From Macrostomum hystrix (Eukaryota; Animalia; Platyhelminthes), in NCBI GenBank assembly GCA_950097015.1, contig CATNEN010000038.1, positions 35,216,001-35,280,000 of the forward strand: a stretch of 64,000 bases of DNA, given 5' to 3'. The position numbers and the translations under genes are program-made. The first letter of the stretch is position 1; every line of letters begins with the position of its first letter. This document shows, piece by piece, positions 25,844 to 39,275 of the stretch. Under the pieces are notes generated by a model that ran no database searches, was not told the DNA's origin, and worked only from the letters and a program-made list of their open reading frames with translations.

Positions 25844-26591
25844 CCACCTGCTGTGTGACTTCTGCAATCGGGGCTTCCAGATTCCAGGAACTCGGAGCAT
25901 TGTTCTGAAGCCATCGGGCCGACTGACTTTATGGCATATGCGACTCAACGCCCACACGCTTCTCTGCCTTAGTTTCTCTGGGCCCACGCTTTGACGAGAT
26001 CTGATTGGCTATGAAAATTGCATCCTTGAAGCCTTCTTGATTTACAGCCTTCGGTGGATAACACGGTCAGCAGCAGCTTATCGGGTCTGGTTATTGGGCG
26101 CAAGTCAAGGATGTTCTGCAAATTTATTCTTTGCTTGTGTAATTCTCTTGTTGAAACTTTGTCTTCTGACAACTTTTAAAATATAACAGGACATCCTGTT
26201 ATACGAGCCGTATTTCGAATTGAATGTCTCCAAGCACTTTCAGCTGCTTGTTGGAGAGTTAACAAGTCAAATTATTTGTTTAACTGTTAGCCGACGAGGA
26301 AGCTGTTTAATGCAGCCATCTCACCAGTGGATCATGACATCTGCTCATGAAATTTTGTGTCCACAAGGACTAGGAAAAGCTGAAATGATAAGCAAAGTGA
26401 ATATTTTGCATGACCGAGTTGAACATGTGTTTAACAAAACGTTATTTGCGATGGAAAGAGTCAGGACACAAAATGACTCCCTAGTTGCCAATCTTTAACC
26501 CGAAATTTAATTAATAAAAATAATCATAATATCATTTATAGGACTAAATTATTATACCTGCCCAAATTTGGGCCAGATTCATTGGTCCACA

Positions 26592-26652
26592 GGAGTCAGG
26601 AATCGAACCCATGACCTTCGAGAGTCCGATACTCTGACCACTAGACCACAAC
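26592..26652 (-). mobile_element. tRNA-like SINE head fragment (family C-like)
   Basis: Minus strand TGGTCTAGTGG..GGTTCGATTCC A/B boxes, similar to 61140-61203; no intact cloverleaf. Confidence 0.6.
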
Positions 26653-26704
26653 CTCTAAATTCTTCAATTTTGATAACAGTAGCACCCGTACTATAGACTA
26701 TAGA

Positions 26705-27035
26705 GGGAGGTCGGTGGCAGAGCGGCTATCGCGTTTGCCTCTCGCACCGAGGTCCCTGAGCTCGATTCCACGGCGAGGCCACATTCATTTGGGGCGCAGC
26801 CGCGGAGAGAAGGCTTTGGGGGCTTGTCGTGCAATTTACGCCCTTGAGGGCCAACCTCCAAGGCACAGTTAGAATGTACACTGCCTGACAATGAGAAAGT
26901 CCGGGCAGATGCACACACCCATGTGAGTGTGTGCCGCGTGTGTGCTCAGGAGTCAGCGAAATCCTCGCCGGCAATGGGTCTAGTGTCACCAAATGAGGTG
27001 CCATTGCCCGCAGCCTCCTGCAAATATTATTATTA
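26705..27035 (+). mobile_element. tRNA-derived SINE family A
   Basis: A box TGGCAGAGCGG, B-box-like GCTCGATTCC, shared body, (ATT)n tail. Confidence 0.88.
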
Positions 27036-27627
27036 TCACGCGTATCAATGCCCACCTTCGAATTACAGAACCTTGAAATTTGTAAATATTTTTGGCAAAT
27101 TAAACTTCAAAATGTGAATTTGAGCACAGAAAATTACAATGTCATTTTTGGGATCCTATAGCGGATCAGTCGAAGGTTGCCTAACATATTTTTTAACTCG
27201 ACCCGGGAAAATCTAATTTTTCAAATTGGATTTTAATGGCTATTTGGGCAGCTTGATAAGACTTTGTCTTCCGGAAAAAAGGCAATTGCAGCAATCTATT
27301 CGATTGATTTGTTGATCTTAAAGGCCTAAGGCCTTCTAGCCTAATTAAGAGAAGTGTGAGTCAGCACGCGAAAAAGATCTCAGTCTCAATTCTCGTTTAT
27401 AACTCTTGTTTCCTTGCTCTGCCGTGATTACTTAGAAGACTCTTCATTTGTTGCTTTGCTTTCTAGTTTCATGCACACACCGACATGCGCCATAAGGGAT
27501 GGTCACATTCGTTTTTTGTCAGAAAATAAAACAAAAAGAATGTTGATTGTTTTTTCATCAAATTTTTATAAGAACAATAATTTATAATTTCAGCTCCGAT
27601 TGGGTCAGATGTGCAGCGGACGGTACA

Positions 27628-27788
27628 GCCGCAGCTAATGCGCTGCTTAAGGCTGCTGACGGCTGTTCAGTCCATGGACTGGGGGGACGCCACACCCACC
27701 CTCAACTACCCCAGCTGATGCTGGCACCCATTTAACAGCGGGTTGAACTGAAGCAATGCAGAGTTAAGTGTCTTGCTTGAGTACACAA
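27628..27788 (-). mobile_element. CORE-type SINE family C, 5'-truncated
   Basis: Nearly identical to 60975-61125 (GCTGTTCAGTCCATGGACTGGGGGACGCC..AGTTAAGTGTCTTGCT). Confidence 0.8.
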
Positions 27789-28208
27789 TTAATAATTTAT
27801 AAATAGAATTTAGTAAATCCCCGTAAACTATTAAAACTAAAAAACTAATAGTAAAACTAAGGGGTTAGCAAAATATTATTACGTAAAACGTTTTTTAACC
27901 TCAAACGACAGAAAGAAAGAAAATCTTAACATGTATAAACTCGCATTGTGCTGATGCACAACAATCGCAAATCCAAAACATTTATTTGGATTTGAATTAG
28001 CGAGATCCATCGGAAAATGAATTTAATCTAGAAGAGTAAAACAAAAAATATGGTTTTGAAAGACCATGAAGGTATTTCTAATTCCTACGAATTGGCATCG
28101 CTGAGATATTAAATGATTCTCGTTGAGGTGTCTGGCGACAAGTACCACCAATTAATATAGGCATAATTTTTCTGCTCACAAAATTTCACATTGTAACCAT
28201 GTCCGCTA

Positions 28209-28576
28209 ATAATGATAATAATAATTGCAGGAGGGCTGCGGGCAGTGGCACATCATGTGGTGACACTAGACCCGCAGCCAGCGAGGACGCAGTTCTGCCC
28301 ATTTCGCTGACTCCTGAGAACACACGCACACAGATACCGTACGCAGGCACACGCTTACACAGGTGTGTACATCTACCCTGACTTTCTCATCGTCAGGCAG
28401 TGTACACTCTCACTGTGCTTGGAGGTTGGCCCTCAAGGGCGTAAATTGCACGACAAGCCCCCAAGCCTTCTCTCCGCGGCTGCGCCCCAAATAAATGTGG
28501 CCTCGCCGTGGAATCGAACTTAGGGACCTTGGTGCGAGGGGCAAACGCGTTAATCGCTCTGCCACCCACCCCCGTC
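28209..28576 (-). mobile_element. tRNA-derived SINE family A, full-length with TSD
   Basis: A/B boxes (TGGCAGAGCG, GTTCGATTCC), 3' stem-loop GCTGCGGG..CCCGCAGC, (ATT)n tail; TSD AACCATGTCSGCTA at 28195-28208 and 28577-28590. Confidence 0.9.
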
Positions 28577-29224
28577 AACCATGTCGGCTATCATTGCCGA
28601 CTATTTTGGATTAATTAAATAGTTCTTTTTTCATTTTTAACCGATATGGATTCGCCATAGGTCATTCAAATCGACGCATGACTGCCGTAGCAAAACAAAA
28701 ATGAAACTAATGCAAATAAATTAAAAACAGTAGCTACATTTTCATTTTTCTATTCAATTTCTATTCCGATTGTGTCCTAAGGAATGTCGTAGAAACGCTA
28801 AATTGTAGATGAAGTACAAAATCGCTTATTTTTTGCGATAGAAATACGAGTAAATTCATGCCAACCATTGTACTATGAGTAAACTGCAAGTGTATACAGA
28901 AAATGCAACTCAGATTTACTTCTCTTAAAAACGTATCAACCTTCCTAATAATTTTCTTCGTTGAAATCAGATTTTTTTTTGATTTTTTTCCATCCTATTA
29001 TTCGTAGGGTATAGTACCGCTTTGATGCGAGTAATTCTAGCTTCACATTAAGTAACACGCCTTTACTGAGTTTCCTAGAAAAATAAGATCCATTCAGTCT
29101 CATTTAGTGTCAACAAATTCTGTAATGCTAAGGAACATTTTTTATTCTCAGCTTTCAAAATGTAGTGAATTTAGAGTTTTCTCACGTACCACAACTGCTG
29201 GCCACACTTCATGCTCAGTTTATG

Positions 29225-31552
29225 CAAACCCTGCATCTCTCACACACCCTGCATCCCTCACACACCCTGCATCCCTCACACACCCTGCATCCCTCCCACA
29301 CCCTGCATCCCTCCCACACCCTGCATCTCTCACACACCCTGCATCCCTCCCACACCCTGCATCTCTCACACACCCTGCATCCCTCCCACACCCTGCATCT
29401 CTCACACACCCTGCATCCCTCCCACACCCTGCATCTCTCACACACCCTGCATCCCTCCCACACCCTGCATCCCTCACACACCCTGCATCCCTCACACACC
29501 CTGCATCCCTCACACACCCTGCATCCCTCCCACACCCTGCATCTCTCACACACCCTGCATCCCTCCCACACCCTGCATCTCTCACACACCCTGCATCCCT
29601 CCCACACCCTGCATCCCTCACACACCCTGCATCCCTCCCACACCCTGCATCTCTCACACACCCTGCATCTCTCACACACCCTGCATCTCTCACACACCCT
29701 GCATCCCTCCCACACCCTGCATCCCTCCCACACCCTGCATCTCTCACACACCCTGCATCCCTCCCACACCCTGCATCTCTCACACACCCTGCATCCCTCC
29801 CACACCCTGCATCTCTCACACACCCTGCATCCCTCCCACACCCTGCATCTCTCACACACCCTGCATCCCTCACACACCCTGCATCCCTCACACACCCTGC
29901 ATCTCTCACACACCCTGCATCTTTCCCACACCCTGCATCTCTCACACACCCTGCATCCCTCCCACACCCTGCATCTCTCACACACCCTGCATCTCTCACA
30001 CACCCTGCATCCCTCACACACCCTGCATCCCTCACACACCCTGCATCCCTCCCAAACCCTGCATTTCTCACAAACCCTGCATCCCTCCCACACCCTGCAT
30101 CCCTCCCACACCCTGCATCCCTCACACACCCTGCATCCCTCACACACCCTGCATCCCTCCCACACCCTGCATCTCTCACACACCCTGCATCCCTCCCACA
30201 CCCTGCATCTCTCACACACCCTGCATCCCTCCCACACCCTGCATCTCTCACACACCCTGCATCCCTCCCACACCCTGCATCTCTCACACACCCTGCATCC
30301 CTCCCACACCCTGCATCCCTCACACACCCTGCATCCCTCCCACACCCTGCATCTCTCACACACCCTGCATCTCTCACACACCCTGCATCCCTCACACACC
30401 CTGCATCTCTCACACACCCTGCATCCCTCCCACACCCTGCATCTCTCACACACCCTGCATCCCTCCCACACCCTGCATCTCTCACACACCCTGCATCCCT
30501 CCCACACCCTGCATCTCTCACACACCCTGCATCCCTCCCACACCCTGCATCTCTCACACACCCTGCATCCCTCACACACCCTGCATCCCTCCCAAACCCT
30601 GCATTTCTCACAAACCCTGCATCCCTCCCACACCCTGCATCCCTCCCACACCCTGCATCCCTCACACACCCTGCATCCCTCACACACCCTGCATCCCTCC
30701 CACACCCTGCATCTCTCACACACCCTGCATCCCTCCCACACCCTGCATCTCTCACACACCCTGCATCCCTCCCACACCCTACATCTCTCACACACCCTGC
30801 ATCTTTCCCACACCCTGCATCTCTCACACACCCTGCATCCCTCCCACACCCTGCATCTCTCACACACCCTGCATCCCTCCCACACCCTGCATCTCTCACA
30901 CACCCTGCATCTCTCACACACCCTGCATCCCTCACACACCCTGCATCTCTCACACACCCTGCATCCCTCCCACACCCTGCATCTCTCACACACCCTGCAT
31001 CCCTCCCACACCCTGCATCTCTCACACACCCTGCATCCCTCCCACACCCTGCATCTCTCACACACCCTGCATCCCTCCCACACCCTGCATCTCTCACACA
31101 CCCTGCATCCCTCACACACCCTGCATCCCTCACACACCCTGCATCTCTCACACACCCTGCATCTTTCCCACACCCTGCATCTCTCACACACCCTGCATCC
31201 CTCCCACACCCTGCATCTCTCACACACCCTGCATCTCTCACACACCCTGCATCTCTCACACACCCTGCATCCCTCCCACACCCTGCATCCCTCACACACT
31301 CTGCATCCCTCACACACCCTGCATCTCTCCTACACCGTGCATCTCTCCAACACCCTGCATCTCTCCTACACCCTGCATCTCTCCTACACCGTGCATCTCT
31401 CCTACACCCTGCATCTCTCCTTCACCCTGCATCTCTCCTACACCCTGCATCTCTCCTACACCCTGCATCTCTCCCACACCCTGCATCTCTCCCACACCCT
31501 GCATCTCTCCCACACCCTGCATCTCTCCCACACCCTGCATCTCTCACACACC
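29225..31552. repeat. 18-bp minisatellite (CACACCCTGCATCYCTCM)n
   Basis: About 130 tandem units; open in most frames only because the unit lacks stop codons. Confidence 0.97.
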
Positions 31553-32229
31553 CGGTATCGCTTCTTCCCAACATCTCTCTTAACTTGCTTTCTCTAATGT
31601 TTTCTCTTTGCATGATCCGCCCTTTATCTATCTGACCCTGCATCTTAGATTCCCCATCTGAGCTAGTAGATCAAGGCTATCTATTTAGAAGCTACTCACT
31701 CAAAGTATAAAAAATCTACCAAGCAGGGAACAGCGCAGGAGGCTTTGGCACCAAAAAACACGAGCGTGCAAACTATTTGGCAGTGTACTATTGTCCAGAG
31801 ACAAGAATAAAAAAAGTCCACTCAGCGGTTAGATTCAAACGGCACCGGAAGCAGAGACTCACAGACTCCCTGGAGGAAGCCAAACTCACGCACAACATTG
31901 ACTAGACTGAGATCACTTGAAAAAAACGTCAGCTTAATGCCACAATGTGTGAGCCCATGTAAACATAAATACCAAAATTTCAGGGCCAGACCCTGAGCTG
32001 TGTGCTTGACCTGGAGATGCTTAGCTGAGCAGAAATAACTTTTAAGCCACTTCTTCCTATGTACGACGGCATTAGATTAGTTTATTAGGACGATATGTAT
32101 AGAAAAATATTTATGCATGATGTAAGTGGTGTAGCGGTCAGATTTCATCCCATCTCATCTTCGAATATTCATCTCACCCCTATGCATCTATGATTCTTGA
32201 TTGAGTAGTGAATGGTTCCAAATGGAATG

Positions 32230-33205
32230 TTTCTTATGGAGTGTTCTATGGTTCTTAATGGAGTGGTCTATGGTTCTTAATGGAGTGGTCTATGGTTCTT
32301 AATGGAGTGTTCTATGGTTCTTAATGGAGTGTTCTATGGTTCTTAATGGAGTGGTCTATGGTTCTTAATGGAGTGGTCTATGGTTCTTAATGGAGTGGTC
32401 TATGGTTCTTAATGGATTGGTATTTGATTCTTAATGGAGTGGTCTATGGTTCTTAATGGAGTGGTCTATGGTTCTAATGGAGTGGTCTATGGTTCTTAAT
32501 GGAGTGGTCTATGGTTCTTAATGGATTGGTCTATGGTTCTTAATGGAGTGGTCTTTGGTTCTTAATGGAGTGGTCTATGGTTCTTAATGGAGTGGTCTTT
32601 GGTTCTTAATGGAGTGGTCTATGGTTCTTTATGGAGTGGTCTATGATTCTTAATGGATTGGTATTTGATTCTTAATGGAGTGGTCTATGGTTCTTAATGG
32701 ATTGGTATTTGATTCTTAATGGAGTGGTCTATGGTTCTTAATGGAGTGGTCTATGGTTCTAATGGAGTGGTCTATGGTTCTTAATGGAGTGGTCTTTGGT
32801 TCTTAATGGAGTGGTCTATGGTTATTAATGGAGTGGTCTATGGTTCTTAATGGATTGGTCTATGGTTATTAATGGAGTGGTCTATGGTTCTTAATGGATT
32901 GGTCTATGCAGTTCTTAATGGATTGGTCTATGCAGTTCTTAATGGAGTGGTCTATGGTTCTTAATGGAGTGGTCTATGGTTCTTAATGGATTGGTCTATG
33001 GTTCTTAATGGATTGGTCTATGGTTCTTAATGGATTGGTCTATGGTTCTTAATGGATTGGTCTATGGTTCTTAATGGATTGGTCTATGGTTCTTAATGGA
33101 TTGGTCTATGGTTTTTAATGGATTGGTATTTGGTTCTTAATGGAGTGGTCTATGGTTAATAATGGAGTGGTCTATGGTTCTTAATGGATTGGTATTTGGT
33201 TCTTG
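32230..33205. repeat. 22-bp minisatellite (TTCTTAATGGAGTGGTCTATGG)n
   Basis: Direct tandem periodicity. Confidence 0.95.
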
Positions 33206-33820
33206 GTTAAAACCAATTAAAAAGATAAAACAAATAAGCACAATTAATAGTAGAGTGCCTCGTGCCTTGTTTAAGGACACAAACTGTTTACTTCGCTCTA
33301 AGATTCGAACTCCTGATCTCTCGTTCAAGAAATCGAATTTCTAACTACTGTCATAAGAAAGGCACTCAATGACCTAATTATTAACCAAATTATGCAGGCG
33401 ACTGTATCCACGGCATACAATATTAGCATTATAACAGCAAAAACAAAAGCAGCAGCAGTCGCGGACTTCCTGGCCTGTGATTGGCTGATTCTAAGAACGC
33501 TCAGAGTCGCCGTCGCCGTCGGTGCAAGGTGTGGAGGGCCGCCTGCCTACACGGACTCTCGGCGCCTCGGGTCAGACTGGAATGGAGTGCAGATTGGGGA
33601 AACGGTCCACCCAAGGGAGGAGGCGCATCTGATGGGATCACATGTGTGAGAAAAGTAGCCGTAAGCCGAATGGAAGGAGGGGAATCGGCGGACGCTGGGG
33701 TGGGGATCATTTAGCCCCGAGGCCGATGGGAAGTGGAAATAAAGGGGGAGCGGCAAAGGAACCGGCCGAGAAGATGCGCTGAGATTGTCCCATGAGCACA
33801 GGACTCAAATTGCGAATATC

Positions 33821-34692
33821 ATGAAGACAGCGGTGAGTCAGCAGTCGTGTGCGGATAGGAGCAATATACTCAACAACGGCAGCAGCAGCAGCAGCCGAGT
33901 CAACTTAGTCGACTGCGAAGTACCTCCGACTCAACAGGCAAGGGTGAGCAGGCTTGAGTATAGATTGCTTCTAGGATGAGCAGGCTTGAGTATAGATTGC
34001 TTCTAGGATGAGCAGGCTTGAGTATAGATTGCTTCTAGGATGAGCAGGCTTGAGTATAGATTGCTTCTAGGATGAGCAGGCTTGAGTATAGATTGCTTCT
34101 AGGATGAGCAGGCTTGAGTATAGATTGGTTCTAGGATGAGCAGGCTTGAGTATAGATTGGTTCTAGGCTGAGCAGGCTTGAGTATAGATTGAGTATAGAT
34201 AGAGGCTGAGCAGACTCGAGTAATGACTGTACTCAAATCGCAAACAATCACCAGGAGCAGTCAGTCTCAAACGTAGCCAAGATTCGAGCCCGGCTGCTCA
34301 GTTTGAGCTGCTTGAGCATTCAGCCTGGCGAGCTGCAACGGCTGAACGAGACAGACAGTCAGGAACTGCTAATCGCGCGCCGCTACATCTGGATCTGCCT
34401 GACCTCCCTGGCGCTCCTGGTGGCCACGGCGATGGTCCTGAAGCCGCATCAGTTTCCTGGGTTCCCAATTCACCCGTCGGTGCTGCTGCTGACTTTGCCA
34501 GCCGCTGTCTGCATCCTGGGCGCCTGCACCGGCTGCTGCCTCCGTGCTAGAGTTTTTACCCGACTTCGCCGACGAACCAGAAGATGCGGCGAGTTGCCCG
34601 ACTTGGCTGACGGCTATTCGCTGCAGGGTGTGCAGCCGCACCAGCGGCTTCTGGTGGCTCAGAACACCATCGAGAGCCTGGCTGATGCCTGA
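33821..34692 (+). CDS. Hypothetical two-exon protein with two transmembrane helices, ~186 aa
   Basis: Exon 33821-33943 (AGG|GTGAGC) joins in phase to exon 34255-34692 (CCAG|GAG); GC-rich codon style like neighbouring genes; hydrophobic segments YIWICLTSLALLVATAMVL and VLLLTLPAAVCILGACTGCCL. No family recognised. Confidence 0.6.
33944..34195. repeat. 32-bp intronic minisatellite beginning at the splice donor
   Basis: Unit GAGCAGGCTTGAGTATAGATTGCTTCTAGGAT; the first unit overlaps GTGAGC. Confidence 0.93.
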
Positions 34693-34769
34693 CTGACCAG
34701 AAACCACGGAATCATCAGGACTTCAAGCTGATGAGGACCTCAGGAGACTCACTGATAGCGGAAACCTGG

Positions 34770-35340
34770 TATCTCAGAATCTGAAGCTGGGATATCAGAA
34801 TCTGAAGCTGGGATATCAGAATCTGAAGCTGGGATATCAGAATCTGAAGCTGGGATATCAGAATCTGAAGCTGGGATATCAGAATCTGAAGCTGGGATAT
34901 CAGAATCTGAAGCTGGGATGTCAGAATCTGAAGCTGGGATGTCAGAATCTGAAGCTGGGATGTCAGACTCTGAAGCTGGGATATCAGAATCTGAAGCTGG
35001 GATGTCAGAATCTGAAGCTGGGATGTCAGAATCTGAAGCTGGGATGTCAGACTCTGAAGCTGGGATATCAGAATCTGAAGCTGGGATGTCAGACTCTGAA
35101 GCTGGGATGTCAGAATCTGAAGCTGGGATCTCAGAATCTGAAGCTGGGATATCAGAATCTGAAGCTGGGATATCAGAATCTGAAGCTGGGATGTCAGAAT
35201 CTGAAGCTGGGTTGTCAGAATCTGAAGCTGGGATATCAGAATCTGAAGCTGGGATGTCAGAATCTGAAGCTGGGATATCAGAATCTGAAGCTGGGATCTC
35301 AGAATCTGAAGCTGGGATCTCAGAATCTGAAGCTGGGATC
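34770..35340. repeat. 21-bp minisatellite (GAATCTGAAGCTGGGATATCA)n
   Basis: Direct periodicity. Confidence 0.95.
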
Positions 35341-36189
35341 CCCGAGCTTGAGAGCTCAAGGACATTGCTGTCATCTGGGTTTAGAGTTGTGTTTTATGGG
35401 CCTTCTGAAAATGCACCCGATTTCTTAGAATCAGATAAGAAATATGTGTTTCCTCTGTACAAGCACCATAAATAAAGGACATTTTCCAGAAAATTACCTA
35501 AAAGTTCTTGCTTTTATCCATAAAATAAAAGTACAAAATAATTAACATAAAATATTTGCCTGTTGTCAAAAATTAAATCTGTCAATCCAATCAATAATTT
35601 ACTGACTTTCTTGTATTTTGTTATAAAGAGATATGAATGTTTTAGGTAATCTGAATATGAATGGATGTTCCATGTTTATTTGTTTTTGGTGTCTGTTTTT
35701 GGTGTCTGCTTGCCTGTTTTGATGTCTGCTTTACTGTTTTTGATGTCTGCTTGTCTGTTTTTGGTGTCTGTTTGTCAGCTTTTCTCTCCGTCTGCCGTCT
35801 GTCTGTCTGGTGGATCGCACAGGTTTTCAAACAGCAAGTGTGAAGGAGCGAGAAGTCCTTCGGAAGAGTTTGGGAAGCCATAAAATGTGCTTCATTTGAC
35901 TCTCAAAATATGTACACCAAATACGTAATATGACAGAAAGACTTCAACTTTTCTGTTTTGATATATGAGATAATGCAAAAAATATTTTCATTAAATTCGG
36001 AAGCCTAATGAATGCCAGGTAAAATTTCAAGCAGGTATGTGACACTCAACAGAAGCTATTTTAGCTCGATTGCTAAAACAATATGCCTCAGACACAATAT
36101 ACTCGAACAATGAAACGCTTAAAAAGCAGCGAAAAAAATAATTTAAATTAAGATATAAAAATGTACCAGTTAGAAATCGAGATTTACAT

Positions 36190-36450
36190 GCTGGACACCT
36201 GTTAGACTTTCAGATTTTTGTTAGACACCTGTTAGACACCTGATAGACATCCAGATTCACATGTTAGACATCTGTTAGACGCCGAGATTCACATGTTAGA
36301 CATCCAGATTCACATGTTAGACATCTGTTAGACGCCGAGATTCACATGTTAGACATCCAGATTCACATGTTAGACATCTGTTAGACGCCGAGATTCACAT
36401 GTTAGACATCCAGATGCACGTTAGACACCTGTTAGACATCGAGATTCACA
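36190..36450. repeat. Short GTTAGACA-core compound repeat
   Basis: ~55-bp units built from TGTTAGACA and GATTCACA. Confidence 0.85.
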
Positions 36451-36829
36451 ACAATGAAGGTCTGACAAATTTTCGGGACACAGCTGTCCGGTGTTACTGC
36501 CAGCAATTTTCTTTGCACTGATCTGACACTGAATACAAAGATTCAATGACATTCATTTCCTATTCATCCAATAAGTAAATCTGCCGGAAACGACCATTTT
36601 CGAAGCATCAAGTTTAAAGCATCAAGCAATGCTTGGCTGAGTGCCTGCCAATGCCAAAACTGATTAGCTGTTCAGGAAGATAATTTCAAAGCTTTTAAAG
36701 AGTGCCTGAATTTTACAGAACCCGATGAATTTAGGACATTTATTATACTCATCAGATACTGATCCCTGTTAAAAACCAAAATTACCCTGTAACACCCGAG
36801 ATTTGACATCCGTAATACCCAAAATTCTA

Positions 36830-39275
36830 AATCTGTAACACCTCCGATTTCGAATCTGTATAAAACAACTCAGATTTAGTATCTGTAACACCTCAGATTT
36901 CGAATCTGTATAAAACAACTCAGATTTAGTATCTGTAACATCTCAGATTCGGCATCTGTAACACCTCAGATTCGGCATCTGTAACACCTCAGATTCGGCA
37001 TCTGTAACACCTCAGATTCGGCATCTGTAACACCTCAGATTCGGTATCTGTAACACCTCAGATTCGGCATCTGTAACACCTCAGATTCGGTATCTGTAAC
37101 ACCTCAGATTCGTCATCTGTAACACCTCAGATTCGGCATCTGTAACACCTCAGATTGGGTATCTGTAACACCTCAGATTCGGCATCTGTAACACCTCAGA
37201 TTCGGAATCTGTAGCACCTCAGATTTACCATCTGTAACACCTCAGATTAGGAATCTGTAACACCTCAGATTCGGCATCTGTAATACCTCAGATTCAGCAT
37301 CTGTAACACCTCAGATTGGGTATCTGTAACATCTCAGATTGGGTATCTGTAACACCTCCGATTTCGACTCTGTATAAAACAACTCAGATTTAGTATCTGT
37401 AACACCTCAGATTCGGCATCTGTAACACCTCAGATTCGGCATCTGTAACACCTCAGATTCGGTAACTGTAACACCTCAGATTCGGCATCTGTAACACCTC
37501 AGATTCGGCATCTTTAACACCTCAGATTTATCATCTGTAACACCTCAGATTCGGTAACTGTAACACCTCAGATTCGGCATCTGTAACACCTCAGATTTTT
37601 ATCATCTGTAACACCTCAGATTTTTATCATCTGTAACACCTCAGATTTGGCATCTGTAACACTTCAGATTTATCATCTGTAACACCTCAGATTTGGCATC
37701 TGTAACACCTCAGATTGGGCATCTGTAACACCTCAGATTTGGCATCTGTAACACCTCAGATTCGGTATCTGTAACACCTCAGATTCGTCATCTGTAACAC
37801 CTCAGATTCGGCATCTGTAACACCTCAGATTGGGTATCTGTAACACCTCAGATTCGGCATCTGTAACACCTCAGATTCGGAATCTGTAGCACCTCAGATT
37901 TACCATCTGTAATACCTCAGATTAGGAATCTGTAACACCTCAGATTCGGCATCTGTAATACCTCAGATTCAGCATCTGTAACACCTCAGATTGGGTATCT
38001 GTAACATCTCAGATTGGGTATCTGTAACACCTCAGATTTCGACTCTGTATAAAACAACTCAGATTTAGTATCTGTAACACCTCAGATTCAGCATCTGTAA
38101 CACCTCAGATTGGGCATCTGTAACACCTCAGATTGGGCATCTGTAACACCTCAGATTTGGCATCTGTAACACCTCAGATTCGGCATCTGTAACACCTCAG
38201 ATTTACCATCTGTAACACCTCAGATTCGGAATCTGTAGCACCTCAGATTTACCATCTGTAACACCTCAGATTAGGAATCTGTAACACCTCAGATTCGGCA
38301 TCTGTAATACCTCAGATTCAGCATCTGTAACACCTCAGATTGGGTATCTGTAACATCTCAGATTGGGTATCTGTAACACCTCCGATTTCGACTCTGTATA
38401 AAACAACTCAGATTTAGTATCTGTAACACCTCAGATTCGGCATCTGTAACACCTCAGATTCGGCATCTGTAACACCTCAGATTCGGTAACTGTAACACCT
38501 CAGATTCGGCATCTGTAACACCTCAGATTCGGCATCTTTAACACCTCAGATTTATCATCTGTAACACCTCAGATTCGGTAACTGTAACACCTCAGATTCG
38601 GCATCTGTAACACCTCAGATTTTTATCATCTGTAACACCTCAGATTTTTATCATCTGTAACACCTCAGATTTGGCATCTGTAACACTTCAGATTTATCAT
38701 CTGTAACACCTCAGATTGGGCATCTGTAACACCTCAGATTCAGCATCTGTAACACCTCAGATTTGGCATCTGTAACACCTCGGATTTATCATCTGTAACA
38801 CCTCAGATTTTTATCATCTGTAACACCTCAGATTTGGCATCTGCAACACTTCAGATTTATCATCTGTAACACCTCAGATTGGGCATCTGTAACACCTCAG
38901 ATTCAGCATCTGTAACACCTCAGATTTTTATCATCTGTAACACCTCAGATTTGGCATCTGCAACACTTCAGATTTATCATCTGTAACACCTCAGATTCGG
39001 CATCTGTAACACCTCAGATTCGGCATCTGTAACGCCTCAGATTCGGCATCTGTAACGCCTCAGATTCGGCATCTGTAACACCTCAGATTCGGCATCTGTA
39101 ACACCTCAGATTCGGTAACTGTAACACCTCAGATTCGAAATCTGTAACACCTCAGATTTATCATCTGTAACACCTCAGATTTGGCATCTGTAACACCTCA
39201 GATTCAGCATCTGTAACACCTCAGATTCAGCATCTGTAACACCTCAGATTCGGAATCTGTAACACCTCAGATTGA
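36830..39275. repeat. 23-bp minisatellite (TCTGTAACACCTCAGATTCGGCA)n with higher-order block duplications
   Basis: The variant marker TGTATAAAACAACTCAG recurs near 36860, 36910, 37372, 38046 and 38395. Confidence 0.95.

Noticed and set aside
28380-28400. Hammerhead-like CTGACGA..GAAA in SINE family A (minus strand)
   Set aside because: No room for stem II between the motifs; the bases form the loop of a simple hairpin.
29107-31635. 700-840-aa ORFs in five frames (HPASLT, CRVCE etc.)
   Set aside because: 18-bp satellite; no codon-position bias or unique domain.
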